Shown here: piece by piece, positions 38,601 to 51,191 of the stretch
How the letters are laid out: every line of letters begins with the position of its first letter
Position numbering within the stretch: position 1 is the first letter of the stretch
Source: Ylistrum balloti
Taxonomy: Eukaryota
Assembly: GCF_031769215.1 (NCBI RefSeq)
Contig: NW_026782309.1
Coordinates: 248,001-312,000 of the forward strand
Length of the DNA stretch: 64,000 bases
Direction: 5' to 3'
Program-made: the position numbers and the translations under genes
Notes under the pieces: generated by a model
The model's input: the letters and a program-made list of their open reading frames with translations, nothing else
Database searches by the model: none
What the model was told of the DNA's origin: nothing

Positions 38601-41600
38601 AAAAAGATGTCGGACGATCAAAAGCAGAGGTAGCTGCAGAGTTTATCAACAACCGAGTCCCAGGATGCAAAGTGGTGCCGTATCCTTAAGCACAGATAGA
38701 TACACAAGATATGTTTATATTATAATGCTATATCATAGTCCTGCTAGCATGGTCAGTTTTACCCATGAAGAACATGGTGACATTTAACTGCATTATGTGG
38801 TACATCCAATTTTGACAAAAGGAAACTTAACAAGATCATTTGTATATATATGATGTTCCAGCGAACTGTTTTACATCTATTTGATAGTTAAAAATCCTTA
38901 GCTTCATCCAGTCAAAACTGCAAAATACAGGATTTTGATGAAACATTTTATAGAGGTAAGTAAATTTATCCTTAATCTTTTCAGCAAATCCTCATAGATA
39001 TGTCACCTTGATTTATGCAAATTTTTGTTTTAATTTCTTTTAATTGTTCATGAATAAGTATTTTATGTGTTCACAGCTATCATGTATTTAAGGTATTGTA
39101 AAATTATTAATTTTCATGGGGGGATTTATCTTAACTGATTTTAATGGTCACTCTTAATCTACAAATCCATATGCTTACGAACTGTTAAAATTATTATTTA
39201 AAGCACATTTATGGAGCTGTATATATCCATGAAATCAGATGTCCATGAAATAGTGATTTGTCTAAATCAACGCAAATTGAGTAAAAATTTACATAAAATA
39301 CATATACAATTTCACAGTAACTCATTGGTATACTTAAGAGGCCTTCTGTCTCTGTTATTTTTTATTAAGAAATTTGGAGGATGTTTTGTTTGATTCAGTC
39401 CAAAATTTGGTATGCATGTTGAAGATGAGAGAACAAGTCACCTTACTACTAGCCTGGACTAGTGAGACATTCCTCCTTGTCAGTTTGTATAGTGTATAGG
39501 AACACTAGTTCAAACCTCAGCAGGGGCAGAGCATGATTTTCATTACACCTTGCTATTATATATTTAGTGTCGTTGTCCATTCTAAAATTAGAAGCTATAG
39601 GAGTATAAGATTGCTTATTGGAGATATCAAACCTTGATTGTAGTCATCTTTGGGATGGAAGACTTCTGAAGGAAGGAGTAGTGTTGAAGTTAAGGACACA
39701 GGTCTCCTTGCAAGTCTTGACAAGTGGGATTTTCCCTTTAGTAAAGCAGGAGAATGTCTGACTAGTCTAGCGAGATGTTGCTAGTGCAAGGCCTCAGCAG
39801 GGAGAGAACATGTTAGTCATTCCTCCTTCAGATGTATTTGTACATGTATATTGATACCCTTTTTTTCTATTATTTTCCAGAATTCCATATCGTTGTGTGT
39901 GGTCTAGATTCCATTGTGGCAAGGAGATGGATGAATGGAATGCTGGTACTGTTTCTTGTGATAATCATAAAATTATTTTTATTGAAAAAATGACACTTAA
40001 AATGATCTTTACTCATGACAGAGAAGTTATTTGTATCAGGAGATAGCTTTAAAACAATGCCAGATATGAGTATAAAACAGTCTTGGTTACTTAAGTATAT
40101 AACGTGTAAATATTGTCTAGATCTTTTGATTAAATCATAAATAATTAGGTATAAATATATGTATGATATTATAACTCTTTCAATTAAACAATTTTTTTTG
40201 AATAGTTGATTTGCATCTTAAAATGTTTTCTGATGTTGTTAAAGGTTAGTATGTTGAATTATGAAGATGGAGAACTAGACCAGAGTACTGTGATACCAAT
40301 GATTGACGGGGGAACGGAAGGATTCAGGGGCAATGCAAGGGTCATATTCCCAGGCTTAACAGCTTGTGTGGATTGTACTCTTGACCTCTACCCTCCTCAA
40401 GTATGTTATGACATTATGTCTTTAACTTATTATCTATTTAGTTCTAACACAAAACACAATAGATCACTATTAAATTATGTTAGAATTAACTGATACCAGA
40501 TCAAAGGGGAAGACTGATGAAGGATAAGCCTGTTCCCTTTGTTTATACAAATATTTCTATTTTTTTTTGTGTGAAGACGTAAGACATTTTTATCAAAACA
40601 CTAAGCACAACACTCCTGCAAATATGAATTACCTGGAGGTGCAAAAAATGGAAATCTTTTTGAAATGTTTTTCCACTGTGGTGAGCAGAAATGTATCTAA
40701 ATACACAAAGCCATGGTGTAAAACTGATTCACAAAGATTTCCTCAGCAATCAGCAGTATTTATGAAATCATGTTCTTATGTAGAGGTCAATAGGAACCCC
40801 CAAGATAGTGCAGGTGCCTTGTAGTAATCACGGTGTCCATGTCCGTCTGTCTGTCAGCACTTCTGTTTCCGTGTGATAACTTGAGTTTCCATGGGATAAT
40901 CAAACTCAAACTTCATACAGTCCTTATTGAAGGTGCTTGCATGGGATCGTTTCTCATCTCCAAAGGTCAATGTCACTGTAACTATAAATAGAAAATCAGT
41001 TTCCGTGTGAAAACTAGAGTTTGCTTTGGTCAATCTAACCCAAACTTCTCACAGTACTTCCTCACTGAAAGTCTTTGATTGGGATTGCTGTACAGTTTTT
41101 AGTCACTGTTACTATAAACAGAAAAAACAGTTTCCCTGCGATAACTCAAGTTTGCTTTGGCCAATCAAACTCAAACCTCATACAATGCTTCCTTACAGAA
41201 ATTACTTGCTTTGGATTGCTTTTCAGGTCCCAGGGTCAATGGTCCAGATTACTGTTACTCTAAGTAGGAAATTGGTTTCCATGATATAACTTGAGTTCCA
41301 TTGGGCCAAATAAACTATAACTTCATACAATGCTTTCTTACTGAAAGTACTTGCGAGGGATTACTTTTCAGACACAGAAATAATCGAGTTTGCTGTGCCC
41401 AATCTAAATCCAACTTAATGCGATGCTTCCTTACCTAAAGCGCTCGCTTGAAATATTGCTTTTTATATCACAAGTTCTAAGGTCAAGGTCACTATTATTA
41501 TAAATTAAAAAATCAGCTTGTTGAATGTATTGCTTTGTTTTTTTCGCATTTCTTGACTTTTGTGGCAGAGTGTACTTTAGGTCTTGCCAGTCAACTGTCA

Positions 41601-44600
41601 GTAGGGATTTAGGTCAGACTACATATTATGGGATTCTATGAATCAATAAGTAGGTCTTATGATGTTGTTCTAAAATCTGCCCTCCTCATTAATAAGTTGG
41701 TCTTGATGACTAGCTATATGATGTTTGATCATTCTTTGTATTTTAGGTGAATTTCCCCCTCTGTACCATTGCACATACACCAAGATTGCCTGAACACTGT
41801 ATAGAATATGTAAGGATTCTGCTTTGGCCAAAAGAGGAACCATTTGGAGGTATATGTATTGTTTATATAGTTTGAATATGATATTGATGAACTGTTATCT
41901 TTTAATACATTTTAAGTTATCTCATACATTTATATTATAACAGAACTCTTCTGTTGTTTTATCGTGACTTATTTTGTTTAGTTCATGTGTTTTTATGCAT
42001 TGTATTAATTATTTCCTTATATTGGCATTAAATATTATTCATCTGTCAGAAAAAGTTACTATTTTTTAAATATTTCCATTCAGTAGTACAAATGTTTGCT
42101 GTTCTAGTTAAATATTTAACCATACTACCATACTATTACAGATGTATATATAATAATAATGTGTGGTTTGTTTTTGTATTACAGCTGGGGTGAAAATTGA
42201 TGGTGATGATCCAACACACATCAAATGGATATTGCAGAAAAGTATAGAACGTGCAGATGAATTTAACATCACAGGGATAACCTACAGACTTACACAAGGT
42301 CAGTACATCACAGGAATAACCTACAGATTACACAAGGTCAGTACATCACAGGAATAACCAACAGACTTACACAAGGTCAGTACATCACAGGAATAACCTA
42401 CAGACTTAGACAAGGTCAGTACATCACAGGAATAACCTACACACTTACACAAGGTCAGTACATCACAGGAATAACCTACACACTTACACAAGGTCAGTAC
42501 ATCACAGGAATAACCTACAGACTCACACAAGGTCAGTACATCACAGGAATAACCTACAGACTTAGACAAGGTCAGTACATCACAGGAATAACCTACAGAC
42601 TTACACAAGGTCAGTACATCACAGGAATAACCTACACACTTACACAAGGTCAGTACATCACAGGAATAACCTACAGACTCACACAAGGTCAGTACATCAC
42701 AGGAATAACCTACAGACTTACACAAGGTCAGTACATCACAGGAATAACCTACAGACCAACAAGGTCAGTACATCACAGGTATAACCAACAGACTTACACA
42801 AGGTCAGTACATCACAGGAATAACCTACAGACTTACACAAGGTCAGTACATCACAGGAATAATTTTCACACTTACACAAGGTCAGTACATCACAGGAATA
42901 ACCTACAGACTTACACAAGGTCAGTACGTCACAGGAATAACCAACAGACTAACACAAGGTCAGTACATCACAGGAATAACCTACAGACTTACACAAGGTC
43001 AGTACATCACAGGAATAACCCACACACTTACACAAGGTCAGTACATCACAGGAATAACCTACAGATTACACAAGGTTAGTACATCACAGGAATAACCTAC
43101 AGACTTCCACAAGGTCAGTACATCACAGGAATAACCTACACACTTACACAAGGTCAGTACATCACAGGGATAACCTACAGACTTAGACAAGGTCAGTACA
43201 TCACAGGAATAACCTACAGACTCACACAAGGTCAGTACATCACAGGAATAACCTACACACTTACACAAGGTCAGTACATCGTACATCACAGGAATAACCT
43301 ACAGATTACACAAGGTCAGTACATCACAGGAATAACCTACACACTTACACAAGGTCAGTACATCACAGGAATAACCTACACACTTACACAAGGTCAGTAC
43401 ATCACAGGAATAACCTACACACTTACACAAGGTCAGTACATCACAGGAATAACCTACACACTTACACAAGGTCAGTACATCACAGGAATAACCTACACAC
43501 TTACACAAGGTCAGTACATCACAGGAATAACCTACAGACTTACACAAGGTCAGTACATCACAGGAATAACCAACAGATTACACAAGGTCAGTACATCACA
43601 GGAATAACCTACAGACTTACACAAGGTCAGTACATCACAGGAATAACCTACACACTTACACAAGGTCAGTACATCACAGGAATAACCAACAGATTACACA
43701 AGGTCAGTACATCACAGGAATAACCTACACACTTACACAAGGTCAGTACATCACAGGAATAACCTACACACTTACACAAGGTAAGTACATCACAGGAATA
43801 ACCTACACACTTACACAAGGTCAGTACATCACAGGAATAACCAACAGATTACACAAGATCAGTACATCACAGGAATAACCTACAGACTTACACAAGGTCA
43901 GTACATCACAGGATTAACCTACAGATTACAAAAGGTCAGTACATCACACTCAACTGTTTATTTATTTTCCTGAAATGGTAGTCTGCTGAAGAAAATATTT
44001 GGAGATATATGTTGAATTGATGAATGTATTTTGGAAGGGTTCTTTTTGTAGATATGTTTTTTGTTGGTTATCTTCAGTTTTTACTGTAACCATTCAAAGT
44101 GATTGTTCACCTTTGTAGCTGAATCAGAAACAAATTTCTTGTAATTCATTATAATTTACCTGTATAACAAACAACTAATTCTTCAGCACTAAATTATTGT
44201 TGATATTATAAAAGTGATTGAAGGTGTTATCTCATGCGGTAAGGAAAGATTCTTCAGTTGCCAAACTTCAGACTTGCTGAGTGATTTCTTACTTAATAAA
44301 CAGATCACCCTGTGTTATACACAAGTGGATGAATGAGTATTTTTCTCTTACTAATGTCCTGAAAGGAGAATTCCTTCATCTTACTCTAGCATATAACAAA
44401 GAAATCTCACACCAGTGAACGCTGGATATACCTGGGTAGGAGAGTTGTTATACCTGACCATACATATAAATGAAAAAAAAAAAATTACAAGATAGATTAT
44501 CTAGACATCTTTCCACATATATAGTTCCTGATATTATTACTTCATTTCAGGTGTTGTGAAAAGAATTATTCCAGCTGTAGCATCAACTAATGCACTTATT

Positions 44601-47600
44601 TCAGGTAAGAATTAGTTTTACAGAAACGCCTATAATACCAACAAATTATATAGAGTCTCAAATGGCAGCATTTTTCTCAGGAAAAAAAATTGCATATTTG
44701 TCAACTCTATGCAAAAACAAGAAAATACCAACATGTCAACACAATAATAATCCAGTCTCAAACTAAGGCAGAATATGAACAAAAGAAAGATTTATATGTA
44801 GACTCCTGAAAAAGTACAAGGAGAATAAAACCTGGTGTTGCAAAAGAGTAAGCATTTTCTGCTTCATTGATTGCACAAAAAACAACATTTTCATCGTAAG
44901 TTTGCTTTTTTGTTTTAAAAAGTGCATATATAAAACATTTATTTCTAAATTCAACATTTAAAGTTTTTCCTTCTTTTCATTAGCTGCCTGTGCAACAGAA
45001 GTTTTTAAGATAGCAACAAGGTAAGTTTACATATTAATTTGAATCACAAAACTTCATCACAATAGGATTTGACTTTAATCAAAGTGTCCTTCTGGTGGTG
45101 TGATATCAGTACTCTCAGTCTATGTTTGGAATCGAACATAAAACATTCTGTGCAACAACATGTTTTTGTCAGTAATGTATTTTGTTATAATAGATCCAAA
45201 TAAATGTAAAAAAACATCACCAGATTCCAGCAGACAGACAAATCATGTGTGTTAACACTGTAGACATTATTGATATGGATTCCTTTCAATTTTTTATAAG
45301 TGTTATATTCATAACACATGTATATAGCAGTTGTCGTTTACCCTATTTTGTTGTATTTAATTTGTCTTTTTTCATCAATTAAGTGTTGAAGTTAATCTAT
45401 AACTGATGTTGTTTTCCCTGCAAGTGTTGTATTTAATTCATTACTGTTGTTTATCAGATAAATGTTGTTTTTAATTCGTAACAGTTGTCATTTATCCCTA
45501 GATATACATTATAGTTCTGTGTTTGTTTCAGTTGTCATTAAATTGTTGTTGTTCACCAGATAAGTGTTGTTTTTAATATATATAATACAGTTGTCGTTTA
45601 CCTGAAAAGTATTGTATTAAATCTAAAACAGTTGTTGTTTATCCCTAGATATACATGTATGGTTCTGTGTTTCAGTTGTTGTTTACCCCTAAGTAACTAT
45701 ATGAACTTCAGCGATACAGATGGAATATATACCTACACATTTGAAGCAATGCGTAAGGTTGGTATTTCTTATGTACAGTTTCATCAATTTTCTTGCTACT
45801 GTTTTTCATTGATCTCTCCACAGGACAGGTGAGTCTATGCTCTCAGGCAGCATTTGTCTATTTGTCCAGTCAACATAACTTGCTCCTTTAAATGACTTTA
45901 TAATCACGAGACCTTGACATATTTAGCAAGAGGAATGAAAAGCCATCAAAATGGTGTCTCATGACTGAATTTTTTTAAATCTTAAAAATACTTCTGAATA
46001 ACAAAAAGGTCCTGACTGGTGATATTTAGCCTTCAGTCTAACATGCTGGAATTAACATTTGATTTTGTCGTAATGCATGACTTTGACCTACTTCTAAGGT
46101 CATATTTGTGAAACGAGTGTAAATCTTCCAATGATAATACTGAACTAGACACCAAATGCAGACAGATTTTGCAGGAGCATTTGATTTTTAAAAGGTTGTT
46201 GAAATAAGGTTTTGAATGCCAAACTACATTTAAGAATGGAATAATTTTGCAGAATTTAGTTTGTTTCCTGTAGCAATGTGTGTTAAGGTTTGTTTGCTCA
46301 AATTTTTTCAAATTGAAAATAACTTGCATATTTATTCCAGGAGGATTGTATGGTCTGTAGTAAGATACCACAGACTCTGAATTTCTCAGAGACTGACAAA
46401 TTACAAGATGTACTTACATACCTAATGGAAAGTCAGGAATAGTAAGTGGATGTTTTATATGTTAGATTTATTCAAAGTAGTAACATAACGTTTTTGAGTA
46501 ATCATTGGTATGGAGGGTTTAAAAAGAATCTTGTTATTTATTTGCAGAAATATACATGGGTATGTAAAAACTGAAAACTCTGTTTACATTGCAGGAAATA
46601 AAACAATTTAACAATGAAATTCCATGTGAACATAATATATTCTTTGGATTACCAGGTAGATGTATTACTACATTTTTTATTTACTATATACAATGTGTTC
46701 TTGAAAATACTGTGCAGCAGGTATATGTAAATGCAGGAAGTATTTGTTTGTCCTATCAGTATTTACTTCTACGTAATATTTTTTCTAATTTTTCTTTCTT
46801 TTTCAGTCAAATGAAATCTCCAGGAATGACAACATCACTAAATGGAGCCACTAAAACCTTGTATATACAGACTGTGAAATCGATAGAGGAACGAACAAAA
46901 GCAAATCTCAAACTTACTCTCAAAGGTATGTATACGTAACACAAAGCTTTATATCCACAGCTAACACTGAAAGGACTTTTTGTCTATCTGTTTTACCAGT
47001 TGGATCAGGGTTATTTGTATGTAAAATAAGACCTGCTGACCTGAATTTGCAAACCCTGACTATTTGCAAATCTGTTCTGATTATTGCCTGAAATCTTAAA
47101 GTGCTGATAATTGGGTTGTTCACATTAACAGGCAAATAACTTTTAATGCCTACAGTGACACAGCTATGAATCTTTATTTAGAATGAGCTAAAGGTGAATT
47201 TTGTAAAGCTGTATAATGTTCAGTGCGATGAAGCTGGTACAATTCATTATATATAATATTAACTGATAGAGGACTTTGGGTTAAATGTTAGGAACCACAT
47301 GGTTGTTTAATACTCCTTAGATAAAGTTAATTGAACAGTGTGCAGTTTCTGAAAGGGTCATCTATGTACCGTTTGGACATTTATTTTATCAATTTCTGTG
47401 TCTAATTGAAAACTGAAAGTTCATCAATGCCTTGCTTTAATAATACTTGTGAAATAAACTCCAGTTTGAAGAATCTAAGTTGTTATCACCCCAACTCTTG
47501 GAGCAGTGTAATTTGCTAACATGGCCATCATCAGTTAAGGAACGGTCAATTCAAGATAAAGGTATTGATGTCTTTAATGATAGTTTTAGGCATTCAGGTA

Positions 47601-47880
47601 TCATACCAGATTGTAACGCAGATTCTTTGACAAGAAGATAATCTGTTCTAAGAAGATTCACGTAAGAAAAGGTTCACCATGAATAGCATGATATTAAGTA
47701 ACGTTGAATAAGAATGTATTTATTGAAGTTATCATGGATCCTTACTCGTATGTTTCTAATACTTTGTGGTTTGTTGTTGTAGAGCTAGGACTGGTGGATG
47801 GTCAGGAGCTTTATGTAGCAGATCCTACCACACCCATGACTGTCACTTTTAAACTACAACTTGGCTCAAACATGGAATGA
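35662..47880 (+). CDS. UBA3: NEDD8-activating enzyme E1 catalytic subunit, ~443 aa. Exons 35662-35668 (inferred), 36443-36549, 37667-37747, 38272-38354, 38599-38679, 38912-38955, 39881-39945, 40245-40400, 41747-41849, 42185-42298, 44551-44604, 44984-45020, 45676-45757, 46341-46441, 46807-46925, 47783-47880
   Basis: [57 protein letters not shown], catalytic [16 protein letters not shown] and [13 protein letters not shown]. Exon lengths sum to 1332 nt in one frame ending in TGA. The first micro-exon (ATGAATG|gtaagt) is the least certain; an in-frame ATG at 36454 is an alternative start. Confidence 0.95.
38136..38289 (+). repeat. 77-bp tandem duplication spanning a UBA3 acceptor and the first 18 exon nt
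   Basis: Units 38136-38212 and 38213-38289 differ at one base; both contain TTTGCAG|GCTTTGATGGGATTTCAG. Confidence 0.95.
38680..38911 (+). other. U12-type (minor spliceosome) GT-AG intron in UBA3
   Basis: Donor GTATCCTT; branch-like TCCTTAGC ends only about 9 nt before the acceptor AG; no polypyrimidine tract. Confidence 0.85.
40820..41520 (+). repeat. HINE/MITE-like element with about 5 internal ~130-bp tandem units (UBA3 intron)
   Basis: TTTCC..GATAACT.GAGTTT and AAGGTCA..GTCACTGT.ACTATAAA recur at ~130-bp spacing after a GTCCGTCTGTCTGTC head. Confidence 0.55.
42266..43947 (+). repeat. 39-bp minisatellite (~43 copies) derived from the UBA3 exon end plus 5' splice site
   Basis: Unit CATCACAGGAATAACCTACAGACTTACACAAG|GTCAGTA. 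The first copy is the real exon end and donor at 42298/42299; some units are 38 bp. Confidence 0.97.
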
Positions 47881-48139
47881 CCAACACCAACATAGACTGT
47901 TTATCAAGGTTCCAAATGACAATTAATGGCTGTTGTTGGCTACAACATCACTCCTATCTCTATTTATTTTCAAAATACTTATATACTATCAATGACATGT
48001 GATAAAACATTTAGGATAATCATCAGTTTGTAACTTTGCATGGTGAGCGATATTTAGTCTTGTTATGTACTCTGTTAGTGGTGTTGAATTCCATCTTGTG
48101 AACAAGGTAACCAATGTCATGAGGAATCCTGATGTCAAA

Positions 48140-48292
48140 CAGAATCAAGTCAGCCGTGTCATCAGAGAATCAAGTCAGCCGTGTCATCAGAGAATCAAGT
48201 CAGCCGTGTCATCAGAGAATCAAGTCAGCCGTGTCATCAGAGAATCAAGTCAGCAGTGTTATCAGAAGTCAGTCGTGTCATCAGAAAATCAG
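48140..48292. repeat. 25-bp tandem repeat (~6 copies) downstream of the UBA3 stop codon
   Basis: ATCAGAGAATCAAGTCAGCCGTGTC repeats directly; AATAAA follows at ~48301. Confidence 0.9.
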
Positions 48293-48832
48293 TATTAAGT
48301 AATAAAAGGACATGGAATTGTATGTGTTCTGAATTGGATAAATCATTTGTGTCATGATGGATGGTTGAGACATTAAAGTTTCACAACAATCTACCTGTAA
48401 TATATGCTGAGACTACCATTATTGTGGTCATGTCTTTAATAATCTGATCACAAAGATGTACTAGACCATTTATTCCCTGAATGCAGTAAAACGAGACACT
48501 TGTGGATAATTTATAAATAAAAACTTAACTGTAAACTTTCTTCTGTACTTTTTGTCATCTGATTTACAAGTCAAACAACCTATCTATATCTACTGATATT
48601 AGTTTCACTGTACATGCTTACCAAGATTTAGGCGACTCCGTTGAACATTCAGACTGTTGTATCAATTATGCCATCAACTCCCATTCAGTTGTAGTTACAG
48701 AGTTGTTTGATCAAGGTCACTGTTACCATTTTTAGAAAATCTCTGTCAGGGCACCAGCAGCTTTATTCCTTTTCATATTTTGATCAAACTACAATTCTGA
48801 ACGACCATATCATGGACAAGTTTAAAATTCTG

Positions 48833-50051
48833 GGTTCGTATGCATAAAAATTCTATTTTTCTTAAATGTTTACTTAAATACACTTTCAACCTACTTTACT
48901 AAGCAAGTTGCTTATTTTCTGTTGCATAAAAATTCTAAGCATCATGCTTAGATGTTTTTAGTAAAGCAGATTGCAACCTTCTTAAAATACTAGTTGCTAA
49001 TGAAGCGACATACAGATTCCCGTACTTTCTGTTTACAAACAAAGGCACATGAATAAAAACGCGTGCCCAGTTGTCTGCTTTCTTCAATCGCTTTGGAATT
49101 GTATGCAGTCAAAATGGCCTAAGAAATGGAAGAGACGCCCTGTATGAAACAAAAACCAAACTGGACTAGCGATGAATCTCTCCATCTCTCAAAACTTGTG
49201 GAGGAAAACAAAGCTGTGCTGAGATCATCTAATTTTGTGGGATAACAACCCAGAGGAAACGAGAGACTTGGAAAAAGATAGCTAATGCTATCAGTCCGTC
49301 TTCCACTGTATGTCAATTGACTGAGGAAGTAAAAAAAAAATGCCAAAATCTCCATATGAAAGGAAAATGGGACTGTCCGATCACAAGAGGCAGACAATGA
49401 TGACAGGCAGGTTACGTGTATACATGATGGTTGAATTCCGATAAGTCCCGAAAATCCATTCGTTCTGCAGACGACATTTAAGCTAGCACTTAGTTGTTAG
49501 TGGGCTTTGCGCAAATGTACCAAATACACTTTGACATAACATGTGAAAATATAAATGTTAAAATTATCACTGCTACAAAGTTGCATTTGCCCAGTAGCAT
49601 GATATCTTAATGCAATCATAACCTGCAAATGTGGAGGTAAGCTGTGTTTTCTTCCCATCGCAGGCACGATATTGTCTTTAACAATATCAGTAATAAAAAG
49701 AATTCCCTCCCTATCATATCTAAATCTCTGATAAAGTTCAAATGCATCGAAGTTTTGAAGTGGGTCAAACCTGTCTCTAAAATGTCTTTCTCGTCTCAAC
49801 GCCCTTGCAAACTGTTGAGGTGCACTATGCTGTCCATTAGCGGCGGCCATTTTGTTGGTGTTCAGTAACTTGCTTAGAAATTTAAGACTGGCTCAGAGGT
49901 TGTTTAAAGTTAAGAATATTCTTAAGAGATAAGAAATTTTATGCAACCCACTTACAAAGATAAGCAAGATGCTAATCACAAAATCCAATCTGCTAAGCAG
50001 TTTTTCAACTTAAGCATATTCTTAACTTAAGAATTTTCATGCATATGAACC
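48833..50051. mobile_element. Internally deleted PIF/Harbinger DNA transposon
   Basis: 22-bp TIRs GGTTCGTATGCATAAAAATTCT and GGTTCATATGCATGAAAATTCT (2 mismatches) flanked by a 3-bp CTG duplication. A frameshifted Myb/SANT-like ORF (+, ~49126-49400: KQKPNWTSDESLHL..LVEENK..KRETWKKIA) converges on a truncated HARBI1-like transposase N-terminus (-, 49850 to ~49550: LYQRFRY..SLPPHLQVMIALRYHATG). Confidence 0.88.
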
Positions 50052-50369
50052 CTGGTCACTAACACGATTTTTAGAAAACCGTTATCGACACTCTAGCGCC
50101 TTCATTCCCTACAGGATTTCAATCAATTTCAAAAACTTCAGAGTACCGCATGGCATGTCCATTGCCAAAAAAAAATTTTCAAGATTTATTGTATCATAAA
50201 GAATACAAAAATGGAAATGGTAATTGATGAGTAAAATGTCCAGAGAGAAAACTGTGCTTCAAAAAATGAAAAAGACCAATACCAATTTTTGAAGGGACTT
50301 GGGAGAGGGTTTGTCTCACAGGCTATATGAGCAATTTGAAGATTTGGCTTAAATATCAGTACGTCTATA

Positions 50370-51076
50370 AGCTCACCTGGCCCAAAGGGCCAAGTGAGCT
50401 AATGCCATAGCATAGTGTCCGTCTGTCGTCTGTCAACTTTTCATTTAAACAACAACTGAAATACCGAAAGGTGTAGAGTTATCATATTTGGCTGGAAGGT
50501 TCCTTTGATGAAGCCCAACAAAGTTTGCAAAAATGAAAAATGACCTTGACCCGTATTCAAGGTCAAATGTGTTAAAGCTTTTAAACGACTTCTTCCAAAA
50601 TACCCAAAGGCATAGAATCATTATATTTGGTTCCTTTGATGAAGTCCAACAAAGTTTGCAAAAATAAATGACTTTGACCCATATTCAAGGTCATTGAGGT
50701 CAAATGTGTTAAAACAGTTCAACAACTTCTTCCAAAATACTGGCAGGCCTAGAATCATTATATCAGGCTACTATGTTCCTCTTATGGTGTCCTACAAAGT
50801 TTGCTAAAAGAAATGACCTTGACCAATCTTCAAGGTCACAGTAGTCGAATGTGTTAAAACGTTTAAACAATTTCTTCTGAATTATCGAAAAGCCTAGAAT
50901 CATTATATTTGGCCAGTATGTTCCTTTCATGAAGTCCAAGAAAGTAAAAGAAATGACCTTAACCCATAGTCAAGGTCACAGGGGTCAAAAGTGTTAAATG
51001 TTGAACATATGCACAGATATAGTAATGTTGGTCATAAAGATCCAGGTGAGTGATACAGGCCCTCTGGGCCTCTTGT
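50370..51076 (+). mobile_element. Non-autonomous Helentron-associated (HINE-like) element
   Basis: Subterminal inverted repeats GCTCACCTG (50371) and CAGGTGAG (51043); 3' palindrome AGGCCC-TCT-GGGCCT; GTCCGTCTGTCGTC microsatellite head; internal tandem units containing GACCTTGACC..AGGTCA. Confidence 0.6.
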
Positions 51077-51191
51077 TAAGAATACAGGGTACAATTAATT
51101 TGTCCATTTTAAATCTTTACAATGACATATACAACACTACACAAAGTTACTTTCCCAGACTTGTATTTATTGACAGGATAAAGAACTTCAT

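Noticed and set aside
42266-43947. CRISPR-like array or repeat-protein ORFs ([13 protein letters not shown])n on the minus strand
   Set aside because: Units are head-to-tail with no unique spacers, there are no cas genes and the context is a eukaryotic intron. The ORFs are a by-product of a 39-nt period and break at the 38-nt units.
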